This document shows positions 61,011 to 64,000 of a DNA stretch of 64,000 bases, piece after piece; position 1 is the stretch's first letter; every line of letters starts with the position of its first letter. A model generated the notes under the pieces. The model worked only from the letters and a program-made list of their open reading frames with translations. It searched no databases and was not told the DNA's origin. A program made the position numbers and the translations under genes. Origin of the DNA: Chitinophaga pinensis (GTDB taxonomy: Bacteria > Bacteroidota > Bacteroidia > UKL13-3); contig CAMCEM010000002.1 in NCBI GenBank assembly GCA_945873755.1, positions 3,915-67,914 of the forward strand, written 5' to 3'.

Positions 61011-61313
61011 TTAATCAAAATTAAATTTTAGATTATTGGGATCTTGTCTTGAGTCCCAAATTCTTTATATGGTGAGAGTCGTTTCATTTTCATCGTAAAT
61101 TAAAAAGTAATCTCTTACAATAATTCTTTTAATATTTTCAACATTGGTTTTTCTGCCTATTGAAGGGGTTTCTAAAATAGATTTGATCGTATCATTAAAT
61201 AATCTGTTCAATTTCTTACTGTATAAATTTGATTTATTGCGATTGTTCCAATAAGAAAAAATTTGCACTTTATCTAAGTATGCATCTTCCGACCATATTA
61301 CTCTTTTAGCCAT
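61011..61313 (-). pseudogene. RelE/ParE toxin with a premature TAA at 61065-61067
   Basis: VIWS..A, YW..RN.S..YS, P.IG; the frame continues *RIWDSRQDPNNLKFNFD*. Confidence 0.8.
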
Positions 61314-61534
61314 TCTTCAGTAAGTTTATCCACTTCCTCATTAGTATAGAATTGTCCGTTATCAACCTGATGTCTTGCTTTAGCTATTGCTTGTTGTTGC
61401 TCTTCGTTTAAAATATAGATTTCATCAGTTTCAGTTTCAAATTCAAGTAAACTCAATACTCCTTTTAAAACATCTTCATCCGTTGTTGTCTGAATTTTGC
61501 TTATCAGTTGCTCTTGTAATTCTAATGTGGTCAT
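61298..61534 (-). CDS. Putative antitoxin
   Basis: L..QLI.KI, LNEEQ..AI..A..Q...G......V; overlaps the toxin start. Confidence 0.75.
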   Translation of the reverse strand: MTTLELQEQLISKIQTTTDEDVLKGVLSLLEFETETDEIYILNEEQQQAIAKARHQVDNGQFYTNEEVDKLTEEWLKE

Positions 61535-61936
61535 TGTACTATTTTTTATCAAAACTAAAGAAATAAATTTTAATAATGAAAAATTGCGAAAATTTAAATT
61601 CAGCTTGTATATTGCTGATAACAGAAAATGGCTTGGTATTCCTCCCTCGATAATGCAATCGCCTCACTCGTTCTATTTAATTATTTTATTTTTACCCTAA
61701 AACCCATTAACAAAAAAAATATCCTACTATTTTCTGCTGGAATCAGCGGGACGATTGCGCAATCAATAAGCTAAGCTGTTTTTTTTCTTTATTGGTTTGT
61801 TCACGCAAAGGCGTGAACCAGCTTAACATATTGATTTCTTTTTGCGCTAGCATAAGGTGATATTTTTTCATAGATTTAGCTAATTAGCTTTAAAATAAAT
61901 ATTTTATGATTGGTATGAAAACGGGATAATTTTACG

Positions 61937-61981
61937 AAAAAATCCCTTCCAATATTACTTGAAAGGGATTTTTAATAGTTT
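61937..61981 (-). terminator. Terminator hairpin, copy A
   Basis: AAAAAATCCCTTCCAATATTACTTGAAAGGGATTTTT. Confidence 0.75.
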
Positions 61982-61991
61982 TTTGTAACAA

Positions 61992-62534
61992 TTATTTTTT
62001 GTCAATTATAATTGAATTGCCAGTTTTTTGTATTCCATTTAGCTTGTAACTTTTTATATTATCATCACTATATTCTTGGCAACATTTTTTTTCGTTCTGC
62101 AGCAATTCTATTTCTATATTACTAATTTCATTGATAATTGAGGAGTTGGAGTTATATATTTTAAAACTGTTTTTTAGAGAATAATTTCCAGTTTTCGAAT
62201 TATCTTTAGTAATCCAATATTGAAATCCATACAGATTGTTTGAACTGTAATTATAAATATTACTTGAATTTAAAAAAACCACTGTATCAATTGGTTCTTT
62301 AAATGCCTCAATTGAATCTGAAACAAATAAAATGATGTAAGTAGAATCTAATTCCGCCAATTTAAATCCATTGTTTAAAGAATCCATGTTCATGGTTATA
62401 AACATCTGCCTACTTGCCTTGTAATTAGTACAATCAATTCCTCCTCCCATGCCTGGAAATCCTCCACAACAACCATAAAAAATTGTTATCATCATTGCTG
62501 CAAATCCAATAAAGTTTAGTTTTTTTCTTTTCAT
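61992..62534 (-). CDS. Cys-containing lipoprotein, hypothetical
   Basis: Basic N-terminus, hydrophobic stretch, FYGC lipobox. Confidence 0.7.
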   Translation of the reverse strand: MKRKKLNFIGFAAMMITIFYGCCGGFPGMGGGIDCTNYKASRQMFITMNMDSLNNGFKLAELDSTYIILFVSDSIEAFKEPIDTVVFLNSSNIYNYSSNNLYGFQYWITKDNSKTGNYSLKNSFKIYNSNSSIINEISNIEIELLQNEKKCCQEYSDDNIKSYKLNGIQKTGNSIIIDKK

Positions 62535-62564
62535 TATTACTCACAATCCACACTAATTCAAAAC

Positions 62565-62611
62565 AAAAAAATCTCTTTCCATATTACTTAAAAGAGATTT
62601 TTTTATTGTTT
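62565..62611 (-). terminator. Terminator hairpin, copy B (glyA terminator)
   Basis: AAAAAAATCTCTTTCCATATTACTTAAAAGAGATTTTTTT. Confidence 0.75.
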
Positions 62612-62624
62612 ACCGTTAAATAAC

Positions 62625-62656
62625 AATTCAACAATCTATCAATTTAACAATTCAAA
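62625..62656. repeat. Four degenerate octamers abutting the glyA stop
   Basis: AATTCAAC AATCTATC AATTTAAC AATTCAAA. Confidence 0.65.
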
Positions 62657-63928
62657 TTATTTATACAATGGAAACTTAGCCATCCAAGTATTGATATTTT
62701 TTCTAATATCAGCAAGAATAATTTCGTTTTCGTTATTCATTAAAGCAGTGTCAATATAATCAACTATTTGTTCCATATCGGCTTCAGCCATTCCACGAGT
62801 TGTAATGGCAGCTGTTCCAACACGCATTCCACTTGTTACAAATGGCGATTTATCATCGAAAGGAACCATGTTTTTGTTAATAGTAATATCGGCTTTGCCT
62901 AAAACGGCTTCTGCTAATTTTCCTGTTAAGTTTTTGCTGCGCAAATCGATTAACATTAAATGATTATCGGTTCCTCCAGAAATAATTTTATAACCACGGC
63001 TTACAAATGCATTGGCCATAGCTTGCGCATTCACTGCTACTTGTTTAGTATAGGTTTTATAATCATCGGTTAAACATTCGCCAAATGCTACTGCTTTAGC
63101 AGCAATTACGTGCTCTAATGGTCCGCCTTGAGTTCCGGGAAATACAGCACCATCTAACACAGCACTCATCATTTTCAATTCACCTTTTAACGTTTTTTGT
63201 CCAAATGGATTTTCAAAATCGTTACCCATCATAATAATTCCACCACGTGGACCACGCAAAGTTTTATGTGTAGTAGAAGTAACAATATGACAATATTGAA
63301 CAGGGTCGTTCAATAATTTTCCAACTATTAAACCGGCAGGGTGAGAAATATCGGCCAATAAAATAGCACCAACACTATCGGCAATGGCACGCAAACGGGC
63401 ATAATCCCAATCGCGGCTATAAGCCGAAGCACCACAAATAAGCATTTTTGGTTTTTCAGCATGTGCTTTTGCTTCTACTTTATCCCAATCAATTAAACCT
63501 GTTTCTTGCTCCACACCATAAAAAGATGGAGAGTATAATTTACCCGAAAAATTAACTGGAGAACCGTGTGTTAAATGTCCACCATGTGATAGATCAAAAC
63601 CTAAAATTTTATCTCCAGGATTTAAGCAACCCAACATAACAGCTGCATTTGCTTGCGCTCCCGAATGTGGTTGAACATTGGCCCAAGTAGCGCCAAACAT
63701 TTGTTTTAATCTATCAATAGCTAAATTTTCTACCACATCTACTACTTCGCAACCGCCATAATAGCGTTTTCCCGGTAAGCCTTCCGCATATTTATTGGTT
63801 AACACGCTTCCCATAGCTTCCATTACTTGTGGGCTAGTAAAATTTTCAGAAGCAATTAGCTCAATGCCGTGTTCTTGACGGCTTTTCTCTTGATTTATTA
63901 AATCGAATATAACGGTATCTCTTTGCAT
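62657..63928 (-). CDS. glyA: Serine hydroxymethyltransferase
   Basis: [40 protein letters not shown]. Confidence 0.97.
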   Translation of the reverse strand: MQRDTVIFDLINQEKSRQEHGIELIASENFTSPQVMEAMGSVLTNKYAEGLPGKRYYGGCEVVDVVENLAIDRLKQMFGATWANVQPHSGAQANAAVMLGCLNPGDKILGFDLSHGGHLTHGSPVNFSGKLYSPSFYGVEQETGLIDWDKVEAKAHAEKPKMLICGASAYSRDWDYARLRAIADSVGAILLADISHPAGLIVGKLLNDPVQYCHIVTSTTHKTLRGPRGGIIMMGNDFENPFGQKTLKGELKMMSAVLDGAVFPGTQGGPLEHVIAAKAVAFGECLTDDYKTYTKQVAVNAQAMANAFVSRGYKIISGGTDNHLMLIDLRSKNLTGKLAEAVLGKADITINKNMVPFDDKSPFVTSGMRVGTAAITTRGMAEADMEQIVDYIDTALMNNENEIILADIRKNINTWMAKFPLYK

Positions 63929-64000
63929 AATTTTTTTGTAGTTGCGAAAGTAAAATTAGTTTACTTATTTAATTAATGATTTTTTCTATAAGTGGCCAAA

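Noticed and set aside
8781..61067. TAA recoding, suggested by in-frame TAA at 8781, 46142 and 61065
   Set aside because: Conserved genes (glyA, map, msrA) end correctly at TAA; nonsense mutation or sequencing error is the simpler explanation.

Overview
AT-rich chromosomal window from a Bacteroidota organism. Support: T9SS type A and B sorting domains, TAnnTT(T/C)G -7 promoter motifs and many lipoproteins. No rRNA, tRNA, CRISPR array, integrase or transposase was recognised. Housekeeping content: an N-glycan-degradation operon (GH20, glycosylasparaginase, CutC, GH2), msrA, pbpC, comEC, pdeM-lgt-map, pyrC-DUF4199-GT2-GT4, DPP-III, cyanophycinase, an antiporter, a USP, an M28 peptidase and glyA. 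Decaying accessory DNA lies between these genes. Main candidates for new biology: (1) a four-helix-bundle (Avd/IVP-like) gene sitting inside a hipB-hipS-hipT-like operon, bounded by inverted repeats and preceded by six ATG-G(A/G)T-AAT-TGA mini-ORFs, plus six ORF-less 7/8-mer repeat arrays of the same polarity anchored at stop codons; (2) a signalling cassette of CPPxC lipoprotein, multi-TM protein, histidine kinase and NarL-type regulator, sharing two perfect 7-2-7 boxes with a divergent Gly-rich-repeat lipoprotein cluster; (3) a three-gene secreted Ig/PKD chain whose termini suggest donor-strand complementation; (4) a degraded attC-like cassette array; (5) accessory genes repeatedly bracketed by diverged direct repeats. 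Product calls come from motif recognition only; no database search was run.
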